Notes under the pieces: generated by a model
Told to the model about the DNA's origin: nothing
Seen by the model: the letters and a program-made list of their open reading frames with translations, nothing else
The model's database searches: none
Position numbers and translations under genes: made by a program
NCBI RefSeq assembly: GCF_009914755.1
Contig: NC_060925.1
Source of the DNA: the human T2T-CHM13v2.0 reference genome, Homo sapiens
Length of the DNA stretch: 64,000 nucleotides
Direction: 5' to 3' (one strand)
Shown here: in pieces, positions 29,928 to 44,350 of the stretch
Layout of the letters: each line of letters opens with the position of its first letter
How positions within the stretch are numbered: the stretch's first letter is position 1

Positions 29928-32900
29928 GTGAGCGAGCGGGCGGGCGGGCGGGCGATGGGGGCGGGGAGCGGCCGGGCACGGGCGGCCGCCGGCGCCCACC
30001 TCCGCTCCGCGGCCCGCAAAGTTTGCCCGGGGGCCGGCGCCGGGCGCAGGTGGCCGCGGGGAGGTGTGTCCGGCCGCGCCGGGAGGAGCGGGCCCCGCGG
30101 GCGCCCGGGGAGCGGCGGGCGCTGATTGACTGTGCCAGGAGGAGGCGAAGGGACCATCTTGCCGAGGCTTTGTAGCCAGCCCGGCGAGCGCCGCCCAGGG
30201 CTGGGGGCTGCCCACGCGCGCTCGCCGCCCCCGGCTCGGGCAGCCGCCTCGCGCCGGCCTGGTCTTGCTCCGCACAGGGTGGAGGGGCGCGGGCCCGGCC
30301 GTGGCGGGGGGCGGGGGGGGCGCCGGCGCTCGGTCGGGGCTGGAAAGTTTGGCAGGGAGCAGAGGGAGGGAGGCACCGCGGCCGGCCGGGGTGGGGGCTC
30401 CCGGCCCGCGCCCCCGAGATGGGGCCCGGCGCCCCGGAGAGCAGGGACTGGCAGAGTGGAAGGGAGCGCGCCAGCCCCCGCGTCGGTGCCTGCCCATCGC
30501 CCGCGGCGTACAATGGGGTCCCCTCCCCGAGAGGACTGCGCGGGGGATGGGTCTGTGGGCATCTCTCCGCCGCGCAAGGTCTCCGGGCACCCCCGCCGGC
30601 CACCGCCCCGCGGCCGCGGCGCTCAGCGTGGCGGCTGGAGCCCCGGGAACTCTCCAGCTGCCGCCGGGGCCGGACCAGATGCTCTTGCCATGTGTTGGCC
30701 TTGGCCAGGGTCGCGGGCCCTCTCCCCGTGGCCTCGTGTATTGGTACCACTCGACCCCCAGGGGGGCAAGGGTAGTTGCTAGGTCTCCCGAGCCAGCTTG
30801 CTCTGGAGGGAAAGTTAGTGCGGTCTGGGTGTGTCCACCAGGAATGGCCGAGCTTGCAGGGCAAGAAGCGAACGTGAATAATGGTTCTCACGTGTACTGC
30901 ACTTTACAGTTTTCAAACCACTTTACAGTTTATGAAGTACTTCGCACTATACGCAGCTCTCTGTGGTTTACAACGTGCTGCACAGTTGACAAGGTACTTT
31001 AAGCTTTACAAAGTGCTTTCCCGCCCACCAGCGTGTTGGATCCCTCAAAATACACCTTCCGGGGAAGACAGGTAGGTATGATTCCTACTTCTCTTGAACA
31101 GATAGGGAAACCGAGGTTCTGAAAAGTCCGATGTCTCACCCAGGGCCGTTGGGTGACAAAAATAGAACCCAGGTCTGTGGTCTTTCTTTGAAACCAGCAC
31201 TCACTTAGCTGGGTTTTGTTGCCCCTAAACTGCGTGAGCCCTTCCAGGGTTCTGCTCCCTTGGGCTTAGGGATGATGTCTGTGTGCACCTCTCAGGCCAC
31301 TTTAGGGTTGTGGGGCGCCCCTTCCCTTCTTGCAGCCTAAGAAAAAACGCATATCAGACCAGACGTGGGGGCTGCGGCCTCTGGGAAAGGCGTCGTGGGG
31401 GACCCTGTGCTACAACTTCAGTTTCTCTTTCGGTAATGAGCACTTTAGTGACCGCAGTCAGGGGGTGGGGGGTGTCCCTGGATGGCAGCCACAGTTTCTG
31501 GCACTGAGGCAGCTGTCCTTCGGCTCCTGGGGGATTTGGCGGCTGACTGCGGTTTCCCGGAGTGGGGCCACTGGGGCACCTAGGGTGCCACGGGCCCTGG
31601 GTGTGGAGGGCAGCCCTGGGGCCTGGCTGCTGGCGGGAGCTCTGTGGAATATGGCTGAGGTACCACTTATTAACTCTGGCTTTGGGGAAATGACTCATGC
31701 GTTGGCCCGCTATACATTGGGATGTTTACAGTATTATGGGGAGCTTGGCATAAATATTGCTATTTAGGTTGCAGTCAGCGGTGCTGGAGGGGAAGAAAAT
31801 TGGCCCCTCTCTCGTTGGAAGAGGCCTGGGTGTGTTTTTAATTACTCTGGGGTAGATGGAAGGGCCACATCTGTCCAGCCATCGCCCTGGCAGAGGCTGG
31901 TTGGAATCTGGTGGGCTGTGGCCAGCCTGGACCCTGGCCCTGGACACAGGGCTGGTGGGCGCTGACGTCACAGGAGGGTATGGCTACTTGGACTGCCACT
32001 TGGGGGCAGGGTGGGGAAGGGAAGCCACAGCAGGGTGGGAGGAGGGCTGCAGCAGGCACCCCAATGCTTGCCTCAGGCTCTTCTTCCGTTTGCCCCCTGG
32101 ACACTAGGAAGTTAGTCCATCAGTGGTTAATAAGGAGCTGGCCGAATGGATGGGGAGATGGTGTGAGGTGGAGGTCAGAGGGCCTGCTTCTCATTTACTA
32201 TGGGACCCTGGGCCAGGTCCCTTCCCTGTGGGGGCCTCAGTTTCTCTGGGTGTAAAATGGCCTGGCTAAATATCTTGTAGAGTCCATCGTCTACGCCCTA
32301 CTTCCCCTCTTTGAGCCTCGTTTTCCTCCCCCGTCTAGTGAGAGTGATGACAGCGCCTGTCCTGCCTGTCTCCTGGGGTGTTTGTGAGGATCAGACCAGA
32401 TGATGGGTGGGAGAAGTCCCCCTTCAAAGCCAGGGATGGACGGTGCTGCCTGTGCACATTTGGGGGGCGGTGCTGCCTGTGCACATTTGGGAGACACCAG
32501 GGTCCTCCTGAGGGTGACACAGTCTGTGGAGACAGGACTGGGCCGTGGAGCAGTAGGAGGGTGGCCCCTCTGGCTCCCAGAACCCAGAGCCACATGGCTA
32601 CCACTTCCTTCCCTTCCTCCTTCCTTGTCTCCTCAGCCCGTAAAGGGCTGTCCTGCCGGTTAAGTCCCCAGGAAATCCCCAGCTCCAGCCTTCGGAATGG
32701 GGGAGAGGAGAGTGTGTGTGTATACGGGGGGTTTCTAGGTTAGGACGGTAAGCTTAGCATCTCCCCCAAACTGTGAGACCGCCCCCCGACCAAGTGAAAG
32801 AAAGCATGGAGCATGTGAAGTGGCGGCGAGCAGGATGGAAGAGCACTGGGGAAACGTCCAACAGGACAGGAGGCCGGTGGCAGACCCTGTCCATCCCTGG

Positions 32901-35120
32901 CCGATGGAATCCAAAGGTCAAGGTCTCAAGAAAACAGCCTCCTTACATCTGCTCCTTTGCTCTCCAAATATCGATAGAGTTTCCTCTCTGGCTGACAGGG
33001 TGCTGGACTCCGGGGCAGGCAAGGAGACGGGACAAGCTGACAGGGAAAAGAGTGGGCAAGACAGAGCATGATACGGGGTCCAACGTACTTCCCAGAGGAG
33101 GCTGTGAACCCCCCGGGGCGGCAGGTGCACTTGAGGACAGAACAGGGTTATTTCATCTTTTATGCTGTTATGCATTGCCTCATTTTCTCACCACCCATTT
33201 TCCCTGCTATGAAACTTTCTTAGCCACCTGTCATGCTAACGAACTGTGTTCTCAAGAGTTAAAGAGGTTGACTTTAGAACTTATAGGATGTGGAGAATTT
33301 TACCTAAAAAAGGAAATAGCAGGTCTATATGTCCATAGAAAGACATGGAGGCAGGATGATCAGGTGCTTACTTTGATGTGTCTGAGGAGGGTGGGTGTTG
33401 AGGGCAGCAGTGGGGGTTGAGACTGAGAATGGGAGTGGGGTGGTCAGGTCCTGAAGGGCTAGAATGGAAGGCTGGGGAGTTTGGATCAAATGCTGAGGGC
33501 AGCAGGGAGCCCTTGAAGGTTCTTGAGCTATCAAGGGACCTGGCCAGATTCATGCTTGGAAAGATCACTGACTTGCAATGTGTGGTGACGTTCAGATGAG
33601 CCAGATCTGGTCCTGGACAGTCACAGTAAAGCCAGCTTGTCGGTTCCCGGCTAGACTGTGAGCTCCCTGAAGACAGAGACCCATCTGGCTCATCTTTGTG
33701 TCCACAGTTCTGGTCTGAAGAGCTCTGTTCAAATTCCACCTCCCCAGAGGCCTTCCCTGATTCTCTCTTCTAAAACAGACCCAGTTCTGCTTCTTTCCAT
33801 CCCACCTGCTTTGTTGTGCTTCATGAAACCCATCGCCACCTGAAGAAGCATCAAAGACTTGTTTGGCATCTGCCTTGCCCACTAGACTGTAAACTCCAGG
33901 ACTTCATCTGCCATGTTTGCTGTGACATCTCCAGTGCCTAGAACTGTGCCCAGCCATGCGGGTGCTCAGTAACGGAATGACATTGTCAGCTGAGGAACAT
34001 GGAATGAATTGAATGTTGAGTGAATGAACAGATGAATATATGATACTGTGTTATGTGATAAGTATTGGGAGAATGATATGGAGATGGAGGGAAGTCCATC
34101 TGGCAGAGGAAATCAAGGAGGTCTTCCTGGAGGGAGATACCAAGGGGATGGCTTGAGTAGAGATGCAAGAAAGTGCTGGGGATAACGAATAGACCAGTTC
34201 AGAGGGAGCAGAGCATTCAGATGGGCCAGCAGCCACTGTGTGCTAGGTAGACAAGTCCACTTCTGATGGGGGGTGGGGGAAGCCTGCCTCCCTCCCTCCC
34301 CCAGCTCAACTCTCCCACCCCAACCTCTACCCTACTGGGCCCACCTCTGGGGCATTACCTGTCTAAGACCCAGCGACCTTCCATGGGATTAATTTGGAAT
34401 TGGTTTTCCTTTTATGTCTGTTTCTTTTGCTTCTCATTTTTAAAGGAGGCTGCTTTCATGTATTTGTCTTAGCCAGGAAATCAGGGCTTAGATTTAAAAC
34501 CTAAATGTTGTAGAATCAGAAAGCCAGTTGACTTATTCACTCATTCATTTCTCCATCCATCCATATATTTTTAAAGAGTCACCAGGCACCTAGTTCATGT
34601 CAGGGGCTGGTTGGGAGAAGGGATTCTGCCTGTGGTGGGGAACGGGGCCAGCTGACTTCACAGGCAGTGTGTGGTAGAGAAAATGCATAGCCTTCAGGCG
34701 CAAACAGACGTGAGTTCAAATCCCAGCTGTGTGCTCTGGGGCGAGGAGCGCAGACTCCCTGCACTTCAGTTTCCCCCTGGGTTCCTGTGTCAGACACTCA
34801 TTAAATGCTGTGGACATTAAATGCTGGTCTCAACCCCTCTAAGGTCCTTCCCTCAATGATGGCGACGTGGCCCCCTTTTTGGCATTTAATTTGTCCAGGC
34901 ACCAGATCAGCCTTCAGTGTCTCCCCTAACCCACCCCACAAGCTCCCAACTTCCCCCAGACTCGGGATGGTAACCCCCCAAGTGTGGACAGACTCAGACT
35001 CCATCCCTGCCTCTTTCTCCAGAGCCCCATCAGGGGAAAATACTCAGATTCCTAGTCCAGAGGGACTGTCATCTGGGGTCCCTAAGCCTCCTAAGTCCTG
35101 GGGATCTTTGTTCACCCTGA

Positions 35121-35637
<517 letters not shown>

Positions 35638-37263
35638 TAGAAAGGCCCCTAACAGGAAGGGGCAGATGGAGCCTGCTGGTGACAGGATGCCTGGGCTGGG
35701 CAAGGCAGGGGACCCATGCTCCCACTGAGGGTGGCGGAGATGCAGAGCACGGTGGGCCTCCTGACGGGAGGATCTTCCACACCTCCGACCAAGGACCCGT
35801 CTCCTGACCTGGCACCTGCATGCCTGACTTAGCTGGAGATCTGGGAGATGGGGAACAAGGTTGGGGAGTCTGTATTTTTAACATACTCTCCAGGTCTTTC
35901 CATTAGGCAGGCAAATTTGCCCCCCAGCGGCCTATGATAAAACACAGGACTCCTGGGAAAGAGGAAGAGAAACCTCAGCAGGAAACTGGAAAAGACTGAA
36001 ATGAAGTGAAATCAATCAGAGTTAGCGCCCACCAGCCCTGGCTGCCGCTGGCTCGTGCATAAAAAGAGGGTTAGCTGGGGGAAGGCAGGGAAGGAAAGAA
36101 TGTTTGCACAGCTCCCAGGGGTGGGGCAGCAGGCCAGGCAGTTGTTGATTGTGGCAGCACCTGGAGGCTCCCTGATTGGGATCAGCTCAGGCCTTCTGAT
36201 AAGGCTGCCTTGAAAGCATTTTAGGGCCTTTTAAAGCAGCTGCCTTCCGGAGGGTGCAGGAGGGGGACACCTGTCTCCCCAGTACCCCCGTGTCATCTGG
36301 GGGCTTGCCTAGGACACCCTCACTAGGTGAGCTTCCTGGAGCCATCTGCCCCCCTGCTGCAGCCCCTGTGGGGTGGGAGTGTCCTCAGAAGAGGGGACCT
36401 TGCCTGCTGTGTGGCCTTGACCAAGTGATCCACTCTCTGAGCCTCAGCTTCCTCATCTGGAAACTGGAGAATACCGCGCATGTGTCAGAGGCTCATGGCG
36501 AGGATTCAGTGAGATGCTGTGTACCATGACTGGCAGAACTGCCTGGCACTCAGCTGTGTCCATTCTTTATTAGTTTCCGTAACCATTAAATGTCAGCAGC
36601 ACCCTCGTGCCCCTGGCCAGAATGACTTGTCCCTTTCTCTGAAGTCCTACAGAGGCTTTGCTTAGCCCTGATCACTTTCTCTCCTGTTCTATAAACAGCA
36701 GAGCCTGGGGGTTACAGGAAATGTGTGTGGAGTCAGACTGCTCCGTACTGTGTGTCCTCTGGCTTGTGTTTTCACCTCTCTGAGCCTTGGTTTCCTCATC
36801 TTTCAAATGGGGGTAATCATTGTTCCTAGCTCTTGAGATGGTTGTGAGCAATGGATGTGTTAATCTGAGGAAGACTAAGCTGAGTGTGTGCCTCAGGTGT
36901 GCTAAGCTTGCAATAAATGTGAACGGTTGCTATCCTTGCTTTCTACCAATGGGAAGCTCAATTCACAGTAGGGGAACAGGGGGCCAGTGTACCAGGTTTT
37001 TCATCTCCAGCTCTCCCCCACCCACTGTGTTCTGAGCCTTACAGGGCAAGGGTCTGACTGGCTTGCCAAGTAGCTGAGAGGCCCCTCCAGCCTGCCCACT
37101 CAGGGTACCATCCAGGTTTTCTCAAAGGCCCCCTCCCCACTCCAATTCAGCCTCCCTAATCTGGGAAAGGGGTAGACTCCTTCATGGCTGTACCCTCCTT
37201 CTTTGCCCAGTGCCTGCCAGGCACCACCTTCCCTGCCATGATCATGGGAATGGCTGTCAATTC

Positions 37264-37568
<305 letters not shown>

Positions 37569-38234
37569 CAGCTGTCAATTCTTGTGCCAGACATTGTACT
37601 AACAGCATTATGTGTGTTGCCTTGTGCAGTTGCCCCAAGAGCCCCACAGGTCGTTGTATTATTGTGCCCATTTTACAGATGAGAAAACCAAAGCTCTGAG
37701 AGGAGTGACTGGCCCAAGGACACCTAGGGAGTGGTGAGGCAGCGATTGAAACCCAAGTCTGGTGACTCCAGAGCTCATGCTCTTCTCCACTTCTAGAATG
37801 TGCCTCCCTGCTCAGAGGAAAGGCTTGGCTCTGATGAGGGTCTCTAAGGCAGCTGTCCAGCTTCCAGCTCCATCAACATCCTGAGATAATGCAATGGGAG
37901 GGTTCTACAACTCACAAACCTGCCATAAAAATGCAATCTCTGTGATAATGGTCAGAATAATGTTGTTCTAACTTAGACAAATCGGGTGTTAACTCATTAT
38001 GTTGTAAGGGGCGCCTCCACAGAGAATGGAGACTACGAAACAGTCACAGGGCCATTTGCAGCTTGTACTTCCAAATACAATAGCTCATCAGGCCTTCACA
38101 GCCATCCTGAAAGGGGCAGGAGCCACGGGGCCCACTTTAGAGATGAGGAAACTGAGGTCTGGGAGATAATATGACTCGCCCAAAGCCAGCAGCGGGACCA
38201 AGCTTGAAGCCCAGGGCCAATCTTAATAGCTCAT

Positions 38235-38515
38235 CTATCCAGTTCAAATTCTTAGCCAACATTTGAAAATCAAGAGATTTTACAGAAAAGTCCTGTTTCT
38301 GGCGTTTCTGAAAAGTCAGACAATCTGGTTTCACAGGGCCCACATTCCCACATGGCCACAGTTGGCTGGAGTGACTGCCTCTTAAGACAGAATGTGTGAG
38401 CACCAGGGGTACCTCTCTACTGACTTGCAACATACATTTGTCTTGGTGTGTTGCAAGTCGGTGGAGACGTACCCTTGGTGCTCAACCCCTGTAAGGGCTT
38501 GAGTTTGCCTCCTGG
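38235..38515. mobile_element. MER102-like hAT-Charlie remnant surrounding the miRNA hairpin
   Basis: 'gccaacatttgaaaatcaagagattt...gggcccacattcccacatggc...ggctggag' resembles the MER102 consensus from memory. Confidence 0.5.
38400..38481 (+). ncRNA. MIR4684: pre-miRNA hairpin mir-4684 (5p arm about 38413-38434, 3p arm about 38449-38470)
   Basis: 39-bp stem (38397-38435 with 38446-38484) with 4 G:U pairs, 1 C-C mismatch and a 10-nt loop. The arms CTCTCTACTGACTTGCAACATA and TGTTGCAAGTCGGTGGAGACGT match miR-4684-5p/3p as I recall them, and the position in EPHB2 intron 1 fits. Confidence 0.88.
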
Positions 38516-40494
38516 ATCTGCCCCTGTTACCCTGTGTGACCTGGAGTCAATTGCATGGCTTCCCGAGCCTCAGCTCTCTCTTCTATAAAATGACAGGGGT
38601 GAGACTCAGTGATTTTGGAGGCCTCTTCCAGCTCCAGGATTCAGTGCCCATTGCCAGGGTTCAGGGGTTCAGGCAAGGGAAGGGAGAGCTACAAAAAGTA
38701 CAGGACTCCACTCCTGAAAAGCATATCACTTATCTTTAGCAAGCCACCACAAAACCTACTGGCTTAAAACAATAATGATTTCTTAGTTGTCCTGATTCAG
38801 TGGATTGGCTGGGCTCAGCTGGGTGCTTATTCTGTTCCCCGGGTTGTCAGTTGGGATCACTCAGGAGGCTGCACTCAGCTAGGTTGGGCTGGAAATTCCA
38901 TCGTGGCTTCACATACATCTTTGAGGCCCTCATAGAGAAGGCTGGAAGGCTGGTCCCCCTACGCTCCTCGCTATCTCCCATCCTTTGCTAGTCTAGACTG
39001 CGCCTCTATCCATGGCAATTAGCTCCCAAGATGGTGAAATGGAAACTGCAAGGCTTCTTAAGGGCTGGGCTCTAATGTCACAAAGTGTCACCCCTGCAGC
39101 CTTCTGTGGTGGTCAAAGCCAGTCACAACACCAGCTCAGATTCATCCCAGGCTTCCTCATCAGGTTCAAGGAAAAGGAAAATATACTGGGCTTGATTTTT
39201 TTGTTTTATCCTTGAAGAGAAGTCCCATTTCTTGCTCAGCTGTTCAGCATGGAAAATTTAATGGTGGGTTATCCAGCGTCCCACTCAACATGTCCTGACC
39301 CACTGAATCAGGTGACACTCAGAGTTCAGTGCCCGCCCCTGCACCCTGTTGTTGTCCATGTTTCTTGGGCCAACCTGTGGTCCAAACTTGAATCTAGACG
39401 CCCCCTTACTGGGAGGAGTGGCTTCGTGTTTAGTAGGGGGAGGAATTGTTGGCAGCCATATTTGGAGACAGCCTCTCACAGGTAGTTTATCGTCCAGTCC
39501 AGGGATGGCGGTGGGGAGGCAACAGGAAGCCAGAAATCTCATTCCCCCCCCCCCCCGCCCCAGCACTTACCCCCGAATTGTCTTCAGTGTTATCTGCCTC
39601 TTCTGAGAAGGCAGGGACTTTCCACTTCACTATGTACAGCACAAGGCTTGGCTCATGATAGATATTAGATAGATGTTTGTGCAATAAACGAACCTAAAAT
39701 TCATGAAAAATGGCAGCCTGGAGTTGTAGATATTCAAGACCTAGTATGAGGTGTGAGGCCAGAGAAAGGGGCCTTGGGCTGGTGGGATTGAACTGAAAAG
39801 ATGGGTCCCTGGTGCTCCTGTGGCCTGGGGCAGGTCACTTCACCCCTCTAGGCCTCATTTTCCTTATCAGCGAACTGGGCATCATAATTTCAGGCACTAC
39901 AGAAGGCTGTGCCGAGGAGTAACTGTGTTCTTCATTCTACTATGAAAGACCGGGTAAGGGGGTGACTGGTTGTCACTCCCACCTTGGCCAGAGGTCATCG
40001 CAGGAGTGGGGAAGCATTAGAGGAAAAGAAAAAATTCTAAAGGCATGGGCCAGTTATTGTCAAATTAAGTTTGGACCACAGGCTGGCCCCAGAGCACATG
40101 GAAATGTGTACAAACAGTGAAGTGAGTGGGTGGGACCACTGAGCTCTGAGCGTTGCTTCCAAAGACAGTTGAGGGGGACCTGGGCAACACATAGTCAAAG
40201 TTGACGCATTAAACCATTGAGCAAGAAATTGGCCTTCTGTTTGCTGGCAGACCAGGAAATCTGGCCTAACGTAATACCGGGAATAAATCACAAGAGTCTT
40301 GATCAGAGACTCCAGACTTGTGAGCTGGCCTGCGTTGTGAATGAGTGAGGTGACTTGACTGTTGGAAGTATAATAGTGCCCCCAGTAAGAGCGCATGTCC
40401 AGTCTAAAAAAGGCAGGTGCTACCCACTCCTGACCATGTTGTCACACAGGAATCTGTGTCCGGTTTTGCCACATCTTCTGATTTGCAAAGTTCT

Positions 40495-41351
<857 letters not shown>

Positions 41352-44034
41352 TGAGGTTCAATGACTTACTCAAGGTTACATAGCTGTTAGGCACTGGGAG
41401 GTGTTAAAACATGGCTCCTCACCTTGAAATGGGGAGTCTCTTTCCCTGTAACTTCCCTGCATGATCCCTGTTTTCCACGCTCCAGAACAATCCAGGAACG
41501 TAAGAGCCATCTTGCAGGCATCTGCCATGTTTGAAGGCAGAAAGCATGTCTTCCCTAGGTTTCTTCTTGAGGGAGGTAGAGTTGGCAGAATGAATGAAAA
41601 GCAGCGTGGTCTTAGACTAGAACCATGCTACGTTGGACCTCTGGCTCTGACACTTAACAGTGTTACCTTGGCCCTCTTAGCTCTTTGAGCCTCAGCTTCT
41701 TGAACTATACAATGAGGTTAGACAAGGCGTCCTGGAAGAGGCGACTTCTAAGATGATTCTTAAGGAAGAGCCAGGTGAAGAAGCAGCAAGGCAGCCATTC
41801 CAGGCAACAGGAACAGCATCTGCAAAGATCCGGATAGGAGGCCCGTGAGTGTGTGATGTATTTGGGGAGCTGGAAGGAGTCCTGTGTGACTGAGAATGGG
41901 GCATGCCAAGCACTGGGGCGGGGTGCAAGCTGCCTGGCCCCAGCAGGGAGAGAGCGTGGGGTCAACATTCCCATTATGGCGACGACATATGTCCACGGCA
42001 CCAACTTGTCACTTGGCCTGAGTCCATGGGAAGCCGGAAGGACAAAAAGCATCTGAAACGTGTAAGTGGGGAGAAAGCGGCTTAGCGCACAGTGGGATGC
42101 GTCCCGCCTGAATGGGGCTTCTCCGCCTCTCACGGGGAGGCAGAGCCTGGGAACAGCCTCGTCCAGAGCCCGCAGGGCCTTTTTGGAACCCACGAAAGGC
42201 CATGGCCCAGGGAGTCTGTTCGAGTCAGGGCTCTGGCCGGTACATCCTCTTGCCTGTCTCCGTCAGCGTCAGCTGTCACTCCCCACGGCCTCAGATGGCA
42301 GCTCCCGCAGCTCTCGGGAGAACAGTGGAAAAGGGCTCCTGAGCTGCCAAGGAGCCCCTGACACTGGGTGCCCCTGGCTGGCCCGGAAGCACAGCCATGC
42401 CAGCAAAGCTCAGGACTCCCTCTGACCAGCCCCTTCTGGAGTTGAAAGGGTGATGAGGCTGGGCCCCTTGGCCTGAGGCCAGGAGAGGGAGGAGATATCG
42501 GGGGAAAGACCCTGAACTTTGTAGACTTGCAGAACTGTGTTCAAATCCTAGTCTTTCCACTCACTGGCGGTGTCAGGGGCAAACCATTTCACCCTCTTCA
42601 GCTTTAGCTTCTCATCTGTAAAGTGAGGATACTGTCACCTACCCCATGGTGTTGTTTGAGGAATTAAAAGAGCTAATGTATTTTTTTAAAGCAGTTGTTT
42701 TACCAAGCCTCTCTCATCCTCAGTATCTCAGCCACTCAAAGGCAATAATAATAGTAGTAATAATACCAGCAGCAACTAGCATGTATTAAGGACTTGCTAA
42801 GGAGCAGGCACTGGGCTTAGGTATTATTGTTAGCTGAATCCTACAGATGAAAAAATTAAGGCTTAGAGAAGGCATTCATGTACCCATGGCCATTTGGCCA
42901 GTAATGGTAGAGCTAGGATCCAAGCTTAGGCGTCTGGCTCCAAGATAAATGGAGAAAGAGCTGATTTCTTTTCTTTTTCACATTTCAAACATACAGAGAG
43001 GTTGAAAGCAGAGTAAAACACCTGTCTAGCCTTCACCTAGATTCAACAATCATCAACATGTTTACCACATTTGCTCTCCTGTGTGTTCTCACTCCCTCTG
43101 CTCCCCTTTCCCCCTTGCATGTGTGTGTGTGTGTGCGTGTGTAATGTAGAGATATATATTTTTTCTGAACCATTTGTACATAATTTGCATACATGGACAG
43201 AGAACTAACATTTACTGATAATTGACTCGTGTTGTCTAAGGCCAGCTCTCTAACCCCTGTTTTAGATCACTTTGCCTGGCACACAGTAGGACTTGAGTAT
43301 TGGCAGCGACCAGGAAGAGTAACTGGTCTTACCCGCAGCTTACCAAGTACTCCCCCTATATTAGCTGCTTCTGTCCTCACAATGGCCTGGCATAGAGCTC
43401 TTGGTGTTTTCTTCATTTTCAGAGGAGGGAAGAAAGACTCAGAAGTTAAATAACTCGTTGCAAAATAAGAAGTTGGGATTTATACCTGGGTTTGCTTGGC
43501 AGCAAAGCCTGTTTCACAAAATCTTAGGGCACCCACTTTTCTCCCCCTCCTGGGTTTAACCCTATTGTAGCCATCAGAGCACAGCCCAGAGCAGCAGATG
43601 GCAGCTTCCCACCCAGCTGCCGCAGGACATGGCCCTTTCTCTCTAGGAATCAAGGGGGAATTATAGAGTCCGGTGGACTTGGAAAAACTGGGGACTGGCC
43701 CAGGGATCACAGCTAACCAAGTAGTTTTGAGGACTCAAGGCTTTGGGCTCCTAGAATCCACCATACTGTTTCATGTTGCTCCTCCCTCTCCTCCTTGCCT
43801 GGGTACCCTTTTCACCATCTCTCCCTGGTCAGTTCTTGCTACCTGTTAAGATGAAGCTTGAGCATCTCTTCCTGTGTGAAACCTGCTCTGATCCCTCTCA
43901 CTGGCCCCTCCCCCTTCTGCTCTTGGTGGCATCTGTGTCCTTGGTGTCACCTTGCACGCAGCCCTTTTATATTGCCTAGGTTATGCCATACCATGTATAG
44001 GTTTCTCCCCCACCATACTGGGAGATTCTCATCC

Positions 44035-44350
44035 ATGCTGGTTGGGTAGTGTACAGTTAGACGGTTGGATGAGCAGCTCAGCTGTTGGATGAGTGGATGA
44101 GTTATTGATGGTTAGATGGATAAGTGGCTGGATAGATAAAGGATAAGTGCATGGATTGGATGGTTGGGTGAATGACGGGCAGGTTGATGGTGAGGTAGAT
44201 TGTTGAGTGGTTGATGGTTGGCTGGCTGGCTGGATAGATGGAGAGGTAGATAGATAGGTAACAGGTTGGTTTCATGAGTAGAGGGACAATGGCAGGATGA
44301 TTGCCTGTTTTGGATAGTTGGTTGGATAAATCGATGAAATCAATGGATAA
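44035..44350. repeat. Degenerate (TGGA/TAGA)n simple repeat
   Basis: Direct reading. Confidence 0.8.

Larger units (their letters stand above)
29300..30790. promoter_or_regulatory. CpG island / TATA-less promoter of EPHB2
   Basis: Abrupt rise in GC and CpG density spanning exon 1, with multiple GC boxes (ccccgccc, ggggcgggg) and G-run clusters (e.g. 30303-30320). Confidence 0.93.

Noticed and set aside
29402-31002. Many long overlapping ORFs (up to 410 aa) on both strands, including an in-frame extension around EPHB2 exon 1
   Set aside because: Stop codons are rare in a very GC-rich CpG island. The products are low-complexity Arg/Gly/Pro/Ala, and most begin at non-ATG codons. Only the 61-nt signal-peptide exon has Kozak, splice and protein-family support.
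32773-33420. 215-aa intronic ORF
   Set aside because: GTG start, no recognisable domain, no exon structure; consistent with a chance ORF.
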